Source of the DNA: Curvularia clavata
Lineage: Eukaryota
Assembly: GCA_023920165.1 (NCBI GenBank)
Contig: CP089276.1
Location: 4,278,001 to 4,342,000, forward strand
Reading direction: 5' to 3'
DNA length: 64,000 nucleotides
The notes under the pieces were generated by a model that saw only the letters and a list, made by a program, of their open reading frames with translations, made no database searches and had not been told where the DNA came from. Numbering within the stretch: position 1 is the first letter of the stretch; every line of letters begins with the position of its first letter. Shown one piece after another: positions 36,858-46,723 of this stretch. A program made the position numbers and the translations under genes.

Positions 36858-39800
36858 CTAGGAAGCTGTAATTTGGGATATATCTACTAGATTTGCTCCA
36901 AGTAGAAAGTCTCGAGTCTTGTCGGCGCTTGTAGCCTTAGTGAGACTGTCGGCTAGTAGACAGCTAGTGTTTTGATATACTAGCTGGATCTGTTTGGTCT
37001 CTACCTTCTCACGGATAAAGTAGTATTGGATATCGATGTGTTTTGTCCTAGCGTGATAGGTAGGATTTTTGGTGAGTTGGATTGCACTTTGGCTGTCTGA
37101 GTAGACAGTAGTAGCTGTCTTGTCTATGTCTGGCAGTATTGGATATAGAGCTTTAATCTCTTTGATAAACTGGGTGAGATATAAGCTCTGTTTAACTGCT
37201 TCTCGGTAGGCCATGAATTCAGCTTCTGCGCTTGATAGTGCTACTGTCGGCTGTAGTTTTGACAGCCAAGAAATCGCGCAGTTGCTCTTGTTTGACTGGA
37301 GTAAAAATATGTATCCAGTGGTAGATCTTCTACTGTCAAAGTCACCCCCCCAATCTGCATCCGTAGATCCAATCAGTTTAATCAGATCTAAGTTATTTGG
37401 TGCAGATTGACTGCTTTTGATGCTGTTTTGGTTATCAGTACTGAGCTGATAGAGTAGTCCTAGCTGTCTTGACTGAGCTAGATATCCCCATAGGTAGTCT
37501 AGACTGCTGAAATGCTCGGTGCTCGGATTGGCCATGAATCTGGATAGAAGATTGACTGCGTAGGTAATATCCGGCCGAGTAAAAATGGATAGATAGATGA
37601 GAGAGCCAATTTGCTGCTGGTACATATTGGTGGCGTTTGGAGTAGCCGTTTGGCTGTTTCTGTTGAGCTTGATATTCTGTTGCAGTGGAGTCTGTCTTGG
37701 CTTAATATCTTGCTTATTGAATCTAGCAAGTAGCCTTTGTAGATAGTTTTCTTGGGTAATATAGATCGCTCGTCTAGATCTAATTACTTGGACTCCAAGA
37801 AACTCTGAGACGTCGCCTAGATCTTTGATCTCAAGCTTTGAGATAGCTGTTAGGTCTTTGAATAGCTTTTGAATACTTTGCTCTTGTTCTCCAAAAATAA
37901 GCAAGTCGTCTACGTGAGTAGCTATAACAAGCTTCTGCTCGACATTGATATAAGTGGCAGTGTCAATAGACAGAGATTTGAAGCCTAGTTGTCCGAGTAG
38001 GCTTGCTAGTAGTTTCTGCCACTGTCTACTGGCTTGTTTTAGCCCGTATAGAGCCTTGTTAAGCAAGCAGACGTGCTGTGGATAGTGCTGATCTTGAAAT
38101 CCTTCTGGCTGCTCGACGTATATAGTCGTGTCGATTAAAGCATTTGGGAAAGCTTGCTTGACATCCCAGCTTTTTATATGCCAGTTTTGAGCTGCTGAAA
38201 TGGCTAGTAGTAGCCGGATTAGATCAGGCCGAGTAGTATTGGCAAATGTCTCGTAGTAGTTGACTCCAAGCTCTTGTTGAAAGCCTTTCGCTACCCAACG
38301 TGCTTTGAATATAAAATCGCCATTTTGCTGGTATTTTTTGTTAAGTACCCAGCGGCCTTTGAGAACTGGATATTCGGACGGTCTTGGTACAAGCTTCCAA
38401 GTGTCGTTCTTTTGCAGCTGGTCTAGCTCGTTTTGCATAGCTAATAGATAGTGTTGACTGTCTTGGTGCTGTAGCACTTGAGCGTAGCTTTTTGGATCAG
38501 TGATATCCTTTGAAGTAAATAAGACTTCTTCTAGGATAATGTCCTCTGCTGCTATTTCTGGTGGAGCTTTTTGATTAGTGGATAGAGCTAATTCTGCTGG
38601 CTTGGCTTTCTTTTTGATCAAAACAATCGGATTTCTTCCAACTACTCTCATGGAGTTGGCTGGTGGATTTGACTGGCTAGTATTTGGCTCAGTATTTGGC
38701 TCAGTATTTGGCTCAGTATTTGGCTCAGTATTTGGCTCAGCATTTGGCTCAGTATTTGGCTCTTCGTCAAGCTGCAGTTCTTCATCAGGAGCTTGATCAT
38801 TGAACACTCCTTCTAGTATTTGGACGTCTCTTGTAGTAGTAACCTTGTTAGTTCTAATATCGATTAGACGATATAGATTTTTACTAATATATCCAACAAG
38901 GTAGTACTGCTGGACACGAGAATCTAGTTTGCTAAGAAACTCTTTTGGCTCTTTCTTGTATGCTAGAGATCCCCAGATTCTAACATTGCTGACGTCTGGT
39001 TTATATCCATATTTGGCTTCAAATGGCGTCTTAAAGCCAATAGAGCTGTGCGGTGTTCTATTGTATAGATACACTGCCGCTAGTAGAGCTTCTGCCCATA
39101 GCTTATTGGGCATTTTGGCTTCAAATAGCAGAGCTCTAATCTTGTCAAATAGCGTTCGGTTGATCCGCTCGGCTCCGCCTTTGCCTTCTGGATTGAATGG
39201 AGGAGTAAATCGGAGTTTAAATCCCTTTCTAGTAGCTAGCTTTTGCAGCTCTAGCGTGTCCAACTCATTGTCTGATTGGATAGCTTTGATCTGCTTTGAG
39301 TCTTGGACTTCTGCTTTCTTAATAAAAGCTTTGACTGGCTTGACTAGCTCTGATCTAGACGTGAGTAAGTCCACTTCTAGATATTTGGTGTAGTAGTCTA
39401 GAAAGGTAATATAATACCGATAGCCCTTATTCGTCTTTGGCTTAATTGGCCCCCCTAGGTCGCAGTAGATCAAATCACCAAACTGGTGGACTGGTGTAGA
39501 TATTGGATCTCTGCTTATTTTGCTAGCAAATTTGCTTCTCAAGCAAATCTCGCAGTTGCTAAATCCACTGCTGGTTTTGGTATTTGATTTGACGCCTTTG
39601 GTATTCTCACTTAGCTTATTTAAGCTAGTTTTACCAATATGGCCAAAACGTCGGTGTAGAAGAGACGTTTGATCGTCTGGCTTAGACTGATCTGTTTGAT
39701 TCGGTTGGACGGATTTGGCTGTCAGCTCTGTATTGTATGTCTCTGTATAGACTTGGCTAGTTTGGATATTGCTAACTGCAGTAAAAGTAGCAATATTTCT

Positions 39801-41048
39801 AGCGTATTGCCCCTTCGCTAGTATTTTGCTAGATAGCCTAATTAGGCTGCTAGTCTTTGAAAACTCGAATTCAGCTCCTTTTTGAACTGCTTGGTAGAGA
39901 CTGAGTAGATTGACTTTGAAGTCCGGCACTAGTAAGACTTCTTTGAGTACTACTGTCTCGCCCGTACTCGTAAATTTAATTGGCACTTCGCCTTTGGCTG
40001 TTGCTTGTAGCAACGCAGTAGAGTTGCCCCATTTAATATACGTATTACTAACGCTGGTAAGGCTTCTAAAAAGCTGTCGGTCAGAGCAAATATGGGAGCT
40101 GGCGGCGCTGTCTAATATCCACTCAATCGACTTGGAAGACTCAGTGGATAGAGCAGCTTTGATATCGGCGATATTTGGATCGACTGAGACTACTGTAGAT
40201 AGAGCTGTCTCAGGCTTATAATATGTCCGACTGGGGCGTTTGCTGGGGTCTTTCTGCCAGCATTGGTCGACTAAATGTCCATTTCTCTTGCAGTGAGAGC
40301 AGTATTTTGGACTTTTGGTGGATTTTTGAGTAGCCAAAGTCATTTCGACGTCTTTTGACTGTGGAGCTTGGTTGGAGCTGCTAATTGGGCTCCTTTGGTA
40401 TGGTCTGTAGCTCTTTTGGTAAGAGCTATTTGAGTTACTGCCGCTGCTGCTTCTAATCGATTTCTGGCGTCTTGATTCGTCCATAATTTGGTTGTATAAG
40501 TTCTCAAGATCAATCTCTTTGTTAGATCTAAAATCTTGAGTAATAGCTGTAACCAAATAGTCAAAGTCTGAGCTTAGATTATTGAGAATCAAAGCAGCAA
40601 TGAATCGGTGCGGTAGTGCCAGATTTCGGCTCTCTAGACTAAGGACTAGTCTGTTGATTTTTTGGAGATATATTTCGACGTTGTTTTGGCACTGCTGCAC
40701 GGTCGTATTGATAAGATCTTTGCAAATTAAGAAGTCAGAGCTAAAGCCTTTTGGGCTATATAGCTTCTTTAGGTGATTCCATAGACTATATGGAGTTTTC
40801 ATGTCTTTTGACTGTAGTAGAGGCCCATCGTCTAGACTGAGTCGTAGAGTAGACAGAGCTTTGATTTCTGAGCTTTTTAGCTTCTGATATCTCTCAGAGC
40901 CTTTACTTTGTTCAAGCTCTTGTGGGTCGACTGTTATAATCTCGTAGCAGTCTTGCTGTATAAGCACTGCTTCGATCCGTAGTGCCCACATGTCATAGTT
41001 AGAGCTGCCTTTGAGCTTTGGCACTCTAAATATGCTACTGTCAGCCAT
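36858..41048 (-). CDS. Copia gag-pol polyprotein, copy 1 (1,396 aa, intact)
   Basis: Zinc knuckle CSHCKRNGHLVDQC, protease ILDSAAS, integrase HRRFGH..CEIC with DLGG/SDNE/AERINR, RT WDVKQAF and HVDDLL, RNase H DADWGG/EAEF/SDSQSA/ADSLTK. PR-IN-RT-RH order. Confidence 0.98.
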   Translation of the reverse strand: MADSSIFRVPKLKGSSNYDMWALRIEAVLIQQDCYEIITVDPQELEQSKGSERYQKLKSSEIKALSTLRLSLDDGPLLQSKDMKTPYSLWNHLKKLYSPKGFSSDFLICKDLINTTVQQCQNNVEIYLQKINRLVLSLESRNLALPHRFIAALILNNLSSDFDYLVTAITQDFRSNKEIDLENLYNQIMDESRRQKSIRSSSGSNSNSSYQKSYRPYQRSPISSSNQAPQSKDVEMTLATQKSTKSPKYCSHCKRNGHLVDQCWQKDPSKRPSRTYYKPETALSTVVSVDPNIADIKAALSTESSKSIEWILDSAASSHICSDRQLFRSLTSVSNTYIKWGNSTALLQATAKGEVPIKFTSTGETVVLKEVLLVPDFKVNLLSLYQAVQKGAEFEFSKTSSLIRLSSKILAKGQYARNIATFTAVSNIQTSQVYTETYNTELTAKSVQPNQTDQSKPDDQTSLLHRRFGHIGKTSLNKLSENTKGVKSNTKTSSGFSNCEICLRSKFASKISRDPISTPVHQFGDLIYCDLGGPIKPKTNKGYRYYITFLDYYTKYLEVDLLTSRSELVKPVKAFIKKAEVQDSKQIKAIQSDNELDTLELQKLATRKGFKLRFTPPFNPEGKGGAERINRTLFDKIRALLFEAKMPNKLWAEALLAAVYLYNRTPHSSIGFKTPFEAKYGYKPDVSNVRIWGSLAYKKEPKEFLSKLDSRVQQYYLVGYISKNLYRLIDIRTNKVTTTRDVQILEGVFNDQAPDEELQLDEEPNTEPNAEPNTEPNTEPNTEPNTEPNTSQSNPPANSMRVVGRNPIVLIKKKAKPAELALSTNQKAPPEIAAEDIILEEVLFTSKDITDPKSYAQVLQHQDSQHYLLAMQNELDQLQKNDTWKLVPRPSEYPVLKGRWVLNKKYQQNGDFIFKARWVAKGFQQELGVNYYETFANTTRPDLIRLLLAISAAQNWHIKSWDVKQAFPNALIDTTIYVEQPEGFQDQHYPQHVCLLNKALYGLKQASRQWQKLLASLLGQLGFKSLSIDTATYINVEQKLVIATHVDDLLIFGEQEQSIQKLFKDLTAISKLEIKDLGDVSEFLGVQVIRSRRAIYITQENYLQRLLARFNKQDIKPRQTPLQQNIKLNRNSQTATPNATNMYQQQIGSLIYLSIFTRPDITYAVNLLSRFMANPSTEHFSSLDYLWGYLAQSRQLGLLYQLSTDNQNSIKSSQSAPNNLDLIKLIGSTDADWGGDFDSRRSTTGYIFLLQSNKSNCAISWLSKLQPTVALSSAEAEFMAYREAVKQSLYLTQFIKEIKALYPILPDIDKTATTVYSDSQSAIQLTKNPTYHARTKHIDIQYYFIREKVETKQIQLVYQNTSCLLADSLTKATSADKTRDFLLGANLVDISQITAS
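38679..38762 (-). repeat. 7 x 12-bp coding minisatellite (EPNT/EPNA) in the integrase-RT linker; present in every unit
   Basis: (AGTATTTGGCTC)n on + strand with one AGCATTTGGCTC variant. Confidence 0.95.
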
Positions 41049-41417
41049 TTTGTGCTGCTAGTCTGTCTAGAAATATAGACTAGATAGCTGTTTGTAGTCT
41101 AGCGCAGTAAATAAGCAGTTACTGTTCTTACTATGAAGAACTCTGGCTGCTAGTCGATCGAGTTGATCTGTCTGCAACTAGCTACAAGAAGCTTCGGCTA
41201 ACCCCTAACCAGAGTATTTAGCTGCGTTTGCGGCTCAGAGACTCCTAAACTGATAGGGTTTTTGCTTCAGTAGAGTTTCTCAGCTTTTTAGCCGTGGTTT
41301 ACTCTTAACCCTTAGTAACCCTAGCTTTTACTAAGAGACTAGCTATATTTATACTAGCTCTTACTTTAGTCTTATGCTAAGACTTGCTAGAATCTTCGAT
41401 CGATAGACACGTAATCC

Positions 41418-41429
41418 GGGCTCATAACC
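41418..41429 (-). promoter_or_regulatory. Primer binding site complementary to the tRNAiMet anticodon stem-loop (half-tRNA priming); repeated at each junction
   Basis: Minus strand reads LTR...TACA|GGTTATGAGCCC. The + strand GGGCTCATAACC matches the initiator Met tRNA anticodon arm. Confidence 0.88.
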
Positions 41430-41778
41430 TGTAAAAGTGTGGGGTAGCTACTTATTCTACTAGTAGTAGACTCAGAGGTAGCTTGATTAAAGACTCAAGT
41501 AAGTAGTATATGCTAGGGGAGAGAGTTGATGGACACGATTGACTTTGTATAAACTGCTCTGGTTTCTATCTACTAGCTATTCTACTACTATATATATTGG
41601 CTGGAGTAGATTCTAGAAGAATCTATCTAGTAGTAGCTTGCGTAATCTTTGGCGTCATAGACAGATGTCTATAGATCGATTATAGTCTTGACAGATCGAC
41701 TATAGACTAAGTTGATTCTGGGTATAGGAGTACGCACCCAGATACTGTAGATTAGCTGACTAGCTTAGATCTACAACA
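41430..41778 (-). repeat. Copia LTR 2 (shared)
   Basis: Same sequence as LTR 1, with PBS on one side and PPT on the other. Confidence 0.93.
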
Positions 41779-41790
41779 CGCCCCCTTAAG

Positions 41791-44700
41791 CTAGGAAGCT
41801 GTAATTTGGGATATATCTACTAGATTTGCTCCAAGTAGAAAGTCTCGAGTCTTGTCGGCGCTTGTAGCCTTAGTGAGACTGTCGGCTAGTAGACAGCTAG
41901 TGTTTTGATATACTAGCTGGATCTGTTTGGTCTCTACCTTCTCACGGATAAAGTAGTATTGGATATCGATGTGTTTTGTCCTAGCGTGATAGGTAGGATT
42001 TTTGGTGAGTTGGATTGCACTTTGGCTGTCTGAGTAGACAGTAGTAGCTGTCTTGTCTATGTCTGGCAGTATTGGATATAGAGCTTTAATCTCTTTGATA
42101 AACTGGGTGAGATATAAGCTCTGTTTAACTGCTTCTCGGTAGGCCATGAATTCAGCTTCTGCGCTTGATAGTGCTACTGTCGGCTGTAGTTTTGACAGCC
42201 AAGAAATCGCGCAGTTGCTCTTGTTTGACTGGAGTAAAAATATGTATCCAGTGGTAGATCTTCTACTGTCAAAGTCACCCCCCCAATCTGCATCCGTAGA
42301 TCCAATCAGTTTAATCAGATCTAAGTTATTTGGTGCAGATTGACTGCTTTTGATGCTGTTTTGGTTATCAGTACTGAGCTGATAGAGTAGTCCTAGCTGT
42401 CTTGACTGAGCTAGATATCCCCATAGGTAGTCTAGACTGCTGAAATGCTCGGTGCTCGGATTGGCCATGAATCTGGATAGAAGATTGACTGCGTAGGTAA
42501 TATCCGGCCGAGTAAAAATGGATAGATAGATGAGAGAGCCAATTTGCTGCTGGTACATATTGGTGGCGTTTGGAGTAGCCGTTTGGCTGTTTCTGTTGAG
42601 CTTGATATTCTGTTGCAGTGGAGTCTGTCTTGGCTTAATATCTTGCTTATTGAATCTAGCAAGTAGCCTTTGTAGATAGTTTTCTTGGGTAATATAGATC
42701 GCTCGTCTAGATCTAATTACTTGGACTCCAAGAAACTCTGAGACGTCGCCTAGATCTTTGATCTCAAGCTTTGAGATAGCTGTTAGGTCTTTGAATAGCT
42801 TTTGAATACTTTGCTCTTGTTCTCCAAAAATAAGCAAGTCGTCTACGTGAGTAGCTATAACAAGCTTCTGCTCGACATTGATATAAGTGGCAGTGTCAAT
42901 AGACAGAGATTTGAAGCCTAGTTGTCCGAGTAGGCTTGCTAGTAGTTTCTGCCACTGTCTACTGGCTTGTTTTAGCCCGTATAGAGCCTTGTTAAGCAAG
43001 CAGACGTGCTGTGGATAGTGCTGATCTTGAAATCCTTCTGGCTGCTCGACGTATATAGTCGTGTCGATTAAAGCATTTGGGAAAGCTTGCTTGACATCCC
43101 AGCTTTTTATATGCCAGTTTTGAGCTGCTGAAATGGCTAGTAGTAGCCGGATTAGATCAGGCCGAGTAGTATTGGCAAATGTCTCGTAGTAGTTGACTCC
43201 AAGCTCTTGTTGAAAGCCTTTCGCTACCCAACGTGCTTTGAATATAAAATCGCCATTTTGCTGGTATTTTTTGTTAAGTACCCAGCGGCCTTTGAGAACT
43301 GGATATTCGGACGGTCTTGGTACAAGCTTCCAAGTGTCGTTCTTTTGCAGCTGGTCTAGCTCGTTTTGCATAGCTAATAGATAGTGTTGACTGTCTTGGT
43401 GCTGTAGCACTTGAGCGTAGCTTTTTGGATCAGTGATATCCTTTGAAGTAAATAAGACTTCTTCTAGGATAATGTCCTCTGCTGCTATTTCTGGTGGAGC
43501 TTTTTGATTAGTGGATAGAGCTAATTCTGCTGGCTTGGCTTTCTTTTTGATCAAAACAATCGGATTTCTTCCAACTACTCTCATGGAGTTGGCTGGTGGA
43601 TTTGACTGGCTAGTATTTGGCTCAGTATTTGGCTCAGTATTTGGCTCAGTATTTGGCTCAGTATTTGGCTCAGCATTTGGCTCAGTATTTGGCTCTTCGT
43701 CAAGCTGCAGTTCTTCATCAGGAGCTTGATCATTGAACACTCCTTCTAGTATTTGGACGTCTCTTGTAGTAGTAACCTTGTTAGTTCTAATATCGATTAG
43801 ACGATATAGATTTTTACTAATATATCCAACAAGGTAGTACTGCTGGACACGAGAATCTAGTTTGCTAAGAAACTCTTTTGGCTCTTTCTTGTATGCTAGA
43901 GATCCCCAGATTCTAACATTGCTGACGTCTGGTTTATATCCATATTTGGCTTCAAATGGCGTCTTAAAGCCAATAGAGCTGTGCGGTGTTCTATTGTATA
44001 GATACACTGCCGCTAGTAGAGCTTCTGCCCATAGCTTATTGGGCATTTTGGCTTCAAATAGCAGAGCTCTAATCTTGTCAAATAGCGTTCGGTTGATCCG
44101 CTCGGCTCCGCCTTTGCCTTCTGGATTGAATGGAGGAGTAAATCGGAGTTTAAATCCCTTTCTAGTAGCTAGCTTTTGCAGCTCTAGCGTGTCCAACTCA
44201 TTGTCTGATTGGATAGCTTTGATCTGCTTTGAGTCTTGGACTTCTGCTTTCTTAATAAAAGCTTTGACTGGCTTGACTAGCTCTGATCTAGACGTGAGTA
44301 AGTCCACTTCTAGATATTTGGTGTAGTAGTCTAGAAAGGTAATATAATACCGATAGCCCTTATTCGTCTTTGGCTTAATTGGCCCCCCTAGGTCGCAGTA
44401 GATCAAATCACCAAACTGGTGGACTGGTGTAGATATTGGATCTCTGCTTATTTTGCTAGCAAATTTGCTTCTCAAGCAAATCTCGCAGTTGCTAAATCCA
44501 CTGCTGGTTTTGGTATTTGATTTGACGCCTTTGGTATTCTCACTTAGCTTATTTAAGCTAGTTTTACCAATATGGCCAAAACGTCGGTGTAGAAGAGACG
44601 TTTGATCGTCTGGCTTAGACTGATCTGTTTGATTCGGTTGGACGGATTTGGCTGTCAGCTCTGTATTGTATGTCTCTGTATAGACTTGGCTAGTTTGGAT

Positions 44701-45981
44701 ATTGCTAACTGCAGTAAAAGTAGCAATATTTCTAGCGTATTGCCCCTTCGCTAGTATTTTGCTAGATAGCCTAATTAGGCTGCTAGTCTTTGAAAACTCG
44801 AATTCAGCTCCTTTTTGAACTGCTTGGTAGAGACTGAGTAGATTGACTTTGAAGTCCGGCACTAGTAAGACTTCTTTGAGTACTACTGTCTCGCCCGTAC
44901 TCGTAAATTTAATTGGCACTTCGCCTTTGGCTGTTGCTTGTAGCAACGCAGTAGAGTTGCCCCATTTAATATACGTATTACTAACGCTGGTAAGGCTTCT
45001 AAAAAGCTGTCGGTCAGAGCAAATATGGGAGCTGGCGGCGCTGTCTAATATCCACTCAATCGACTTGGAAGACTCAGTGGATAGAGCAGCTTTGATATCG
45101 GCGATATTTGGATCGACTGAGACTACTGTAGATAGAGCTGTCTCAGGCTTATAATATGTCCGACTGGGGCGTTTGCTGGGGTCTTTCTGCCAGCATTGGT
45201 CGACTAAATGTCCATTTCTCTTGCAGTGAGAGCAGTATTTTGGACTTTTGGTGGATTTTTGAGTAGCCAAAGTCATTTCGACGTCTTTTGACTGTGGAGC
45301 TTGGTTGGAGCTGCTAATTGGGCTCCTTTGGTATGGTCTGTAGCTCTTTTGGTAAGAGCTATTTGAGTTACTGCCGCTGCTGCTTCTAATCGATTTCTGG
45401 CGTCTTGATTCGTCCATAATTTGGTTGTATAAGTTCTCAAGATCAATCTCTTTGTTAGATCTAAAATCTTGAGTAATAGCTGTAACCAAATAGTCAAAGT
45501 CTGAGCTTAGATTATTGAGAATCAAAGCAGCAATGAATCGGTGCGGTAGTGCCAGATTTCGGCTCTCTAGACTAAGGACTAGTCTGTTGATTTTTTGGAG
45601 ATATATTTCGACGTTGTTTTGGCACTGCTGCACGGTCGTATTGATAAGATCTTTGCAAATTAAGAAGTCAGAGCTAAAGCCTTTTGGGCTATATAGCTTC
45701 TTTAGGTGATTCCATAGACTATATGGAGTTTTCATGTCTTTTGACTGTAGTAGAGGCCCATCGTCTAGACTGAGTCGTAGAGTAGACAGAGCTTTGATTT
45801 CTGAGCTTTTTAGCTTCTGATATCTCTCAGAGCCTTTACTTTGTTCAAGCTCTTGTGGGTCGACTGTTATAATCTCGTAGCAGTCTTGCTGTATAAGCAC
45901 TGCTTCGATCCGTAGTGCCCACATGTCATAGTTAGAGCTGCCTTTGAGCTTTGGCACTCTAAATATGCTACTGTCAGCCAT
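41791..45981 (-). CDS. Copia gag-pol polyprotein, copy 2 (intact)
   Basis: Translation identical to copy 1. Confidence 0.98.
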   Translation of the reverse strand: MADSSIFRVPKLKGSSNYDMWALRIEAVLIQQDCYEIITVDPQELEQSKGSERYQKLKSSEIKALSTLRLSLDDGPLLQSKDMKTPYSLWNHLKKLYSPKGFSSDFLICKDLINTTVQQCQNNVEIYLQKINRLVLSLESRNLALPHRFIAALILNNLSSDFDYLVTAITQDFRSNKEIDLENLYNQIMDESRRQKSIRSSSGSNSNSSYQKSYRPYQRSPISSSNQAPQSKDVEMTLATQKSTKSPKYCSHCKRNGHLVDQCWQKDPSKRPSRTYYKPETALSTVVSVDPNIADIKAALSTESSKSIEWILDSAASSHICSDRQLFRSLTSVSNTYIKWGNSTALLQATAKGEVPIKFTSTGETVVLKEVLLVPDFKVNLLSLYQAVQKGAEFEFSKTSSLIRLSSKILAKGQYARNIATFTAVSNIQTSQVYTETYNTELTAKSVQPNQTDQSKPDDQTSLLHRRFGHIGKTSLNKLSENTKGVKSNTKTSSGFSNCEICLRSKFASKISRDPISTPVHQFGDLIYCDLGGPIKPKTNKGYRYYITFLDYYTKYLEVDLLTSRSELVKPVKAFIKKAEVQDSKQIKAIQSDNELDTLELQKLATRKGFKLRFTPPFNPEGKGGAERINRTLFDKIRALLFEAKMPNKLWAEALLAAVYLYNRTPHSSIGFKTPFEAKYGYKPDVSNVRIWGSLAYKKEPKEFLSKLDSRVQQYYLVGYISKNLYRLIDIRTNKVTTTRDVQILEGVFNDQAPDEELQLDEEPNTEPNAEPNTEPNTEPNTEPNTEPNTSQSNPPANSMRVVGRNPIVLIKKKAKPAELALSTNQKAPPEIAAEDIILEEVLFTSKDITDPKSYAQVLQHQDSQHYLLAMQNELDQLQKNDTWKLVPRPSEYPVLKGRWVLNKKYQQNGDFIFKARWVAKGFQQELGVNYYETFANTTRPDLIRLLLAISAAQNWHIKSWDVKQAFPNALIDTTIYVEQPEGFQDQHYPQHVCLLNKALYGLKQASRQWQKLLASLLGQLGFKSLSIDTATYINVEQKLVIATHVDDLLIFGEQEQSIQKLFKDLTAISKLEIKDLGDVSEFLGVQVIRSRRAIYITQENYLQRLLARFNKQDIKPRQTPLQQNIKLNRNSQTATPNATNMYQQQIGSLIYLSIFTRPDITYAVNLLSRFMANPSTEHFSSLDYLWGYLAQSRQLGLLYQLSTDNQNSIKSSQSAPNNLDLIKLIGSTDADWGGDFDSRRSTTGYIFLLQSNKSNCAISWLSKLQPTVALSSAEAEFMAYREAVKQSLYLTQFIKEIKALYPILPDIDKTATTVYSDSQSAIQLTKNPTYHARTKHIDIQYYFIREKVETKQIQLVYQNTSCLLADSLTKATSADKTRDFLLGANLVDISQITAS

Positions 45982-46362
45982 TTTGTGCTGCTAGTCTGTC
46001 TAGAAATATAGACTAGATAGCTGTTTGTAGTCTAGCGCAGTAAATAAGCAGTTACTGTTCTTACTATGAAGAACTCTGGCTGCTAGTCGATCGAGTTGAT
46101 CTGTCTGCAACTAGCTACAAGAAGCTTCGGCTAACCCCTAACCAGAGTATTTAGCTGCGTTTGCGGCTCAGAGACTCCTAAACTGATAGGGTTTTTGCTT
46201 CAGTAGAGTTTCTCAGCTTTTTAGCCGTGGTTTACTCTTAACCCTTAGTAACCCTAGCTTTTACTAAGAGACTAGCTATATTTATACTAGCTCTTACTTT
46301 AGTCTTATGCTAAGACTTGCTAGAATCTTCGATCGATAGACACGTAATCCGGGCTCATAACC

Positions 46363-46711
46363 TGTAAAAGTGTGGGGTAGCTACTTATTCTACTAGTAGT
46401 AGACTCAGAGGTAGCTTGATTAAAGACTCAAGTAAGTAGTATATGCTAGGGGAGAGAGTTGATGGACACGATTGACTTTGTATAAACTGCTCTGGTTTCT
46501 ATCTACTAGCTATTCTACTACTATATATATTGGCTGGAGTAGATTCTAGAAGAATCTATCTAGTAGTAGCTTGCGTAATCTTTGGCGTCATAGACAGATG
46601 TCTATAGATCGATTATAGTCTTGACAGATCGACTATAGACTAAGTTGATTCTGGGTATAGGAGTACGCACCCAGATACTGTAGATTAGCTGACTAGCTTA
46701 GATCTACAACA
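46363..46711 (-). repeat. Copia LTR 3 (shared)
   Basis: Same sequence as LTR 1. Confidence 0.93.
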
Positions 46712-46723
46712 CGCCCCCTTAAG

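Noticed and set aside
38679..38762. 12-bp repeats as a CRISPR-like array
   Set aside because: No spacers, in-frame coding repeat, eukaryotic context.
37213..40776. Short ORFs overlapping gag-pol (64-154 aa, e.g. 38929-39393 +, 39910-40221 +), repeated in each unit
   Set aside because: Shadow or alternate frames of the long ORF with no recognisable motifs. Their recurrence only reflects the tandem repeat.
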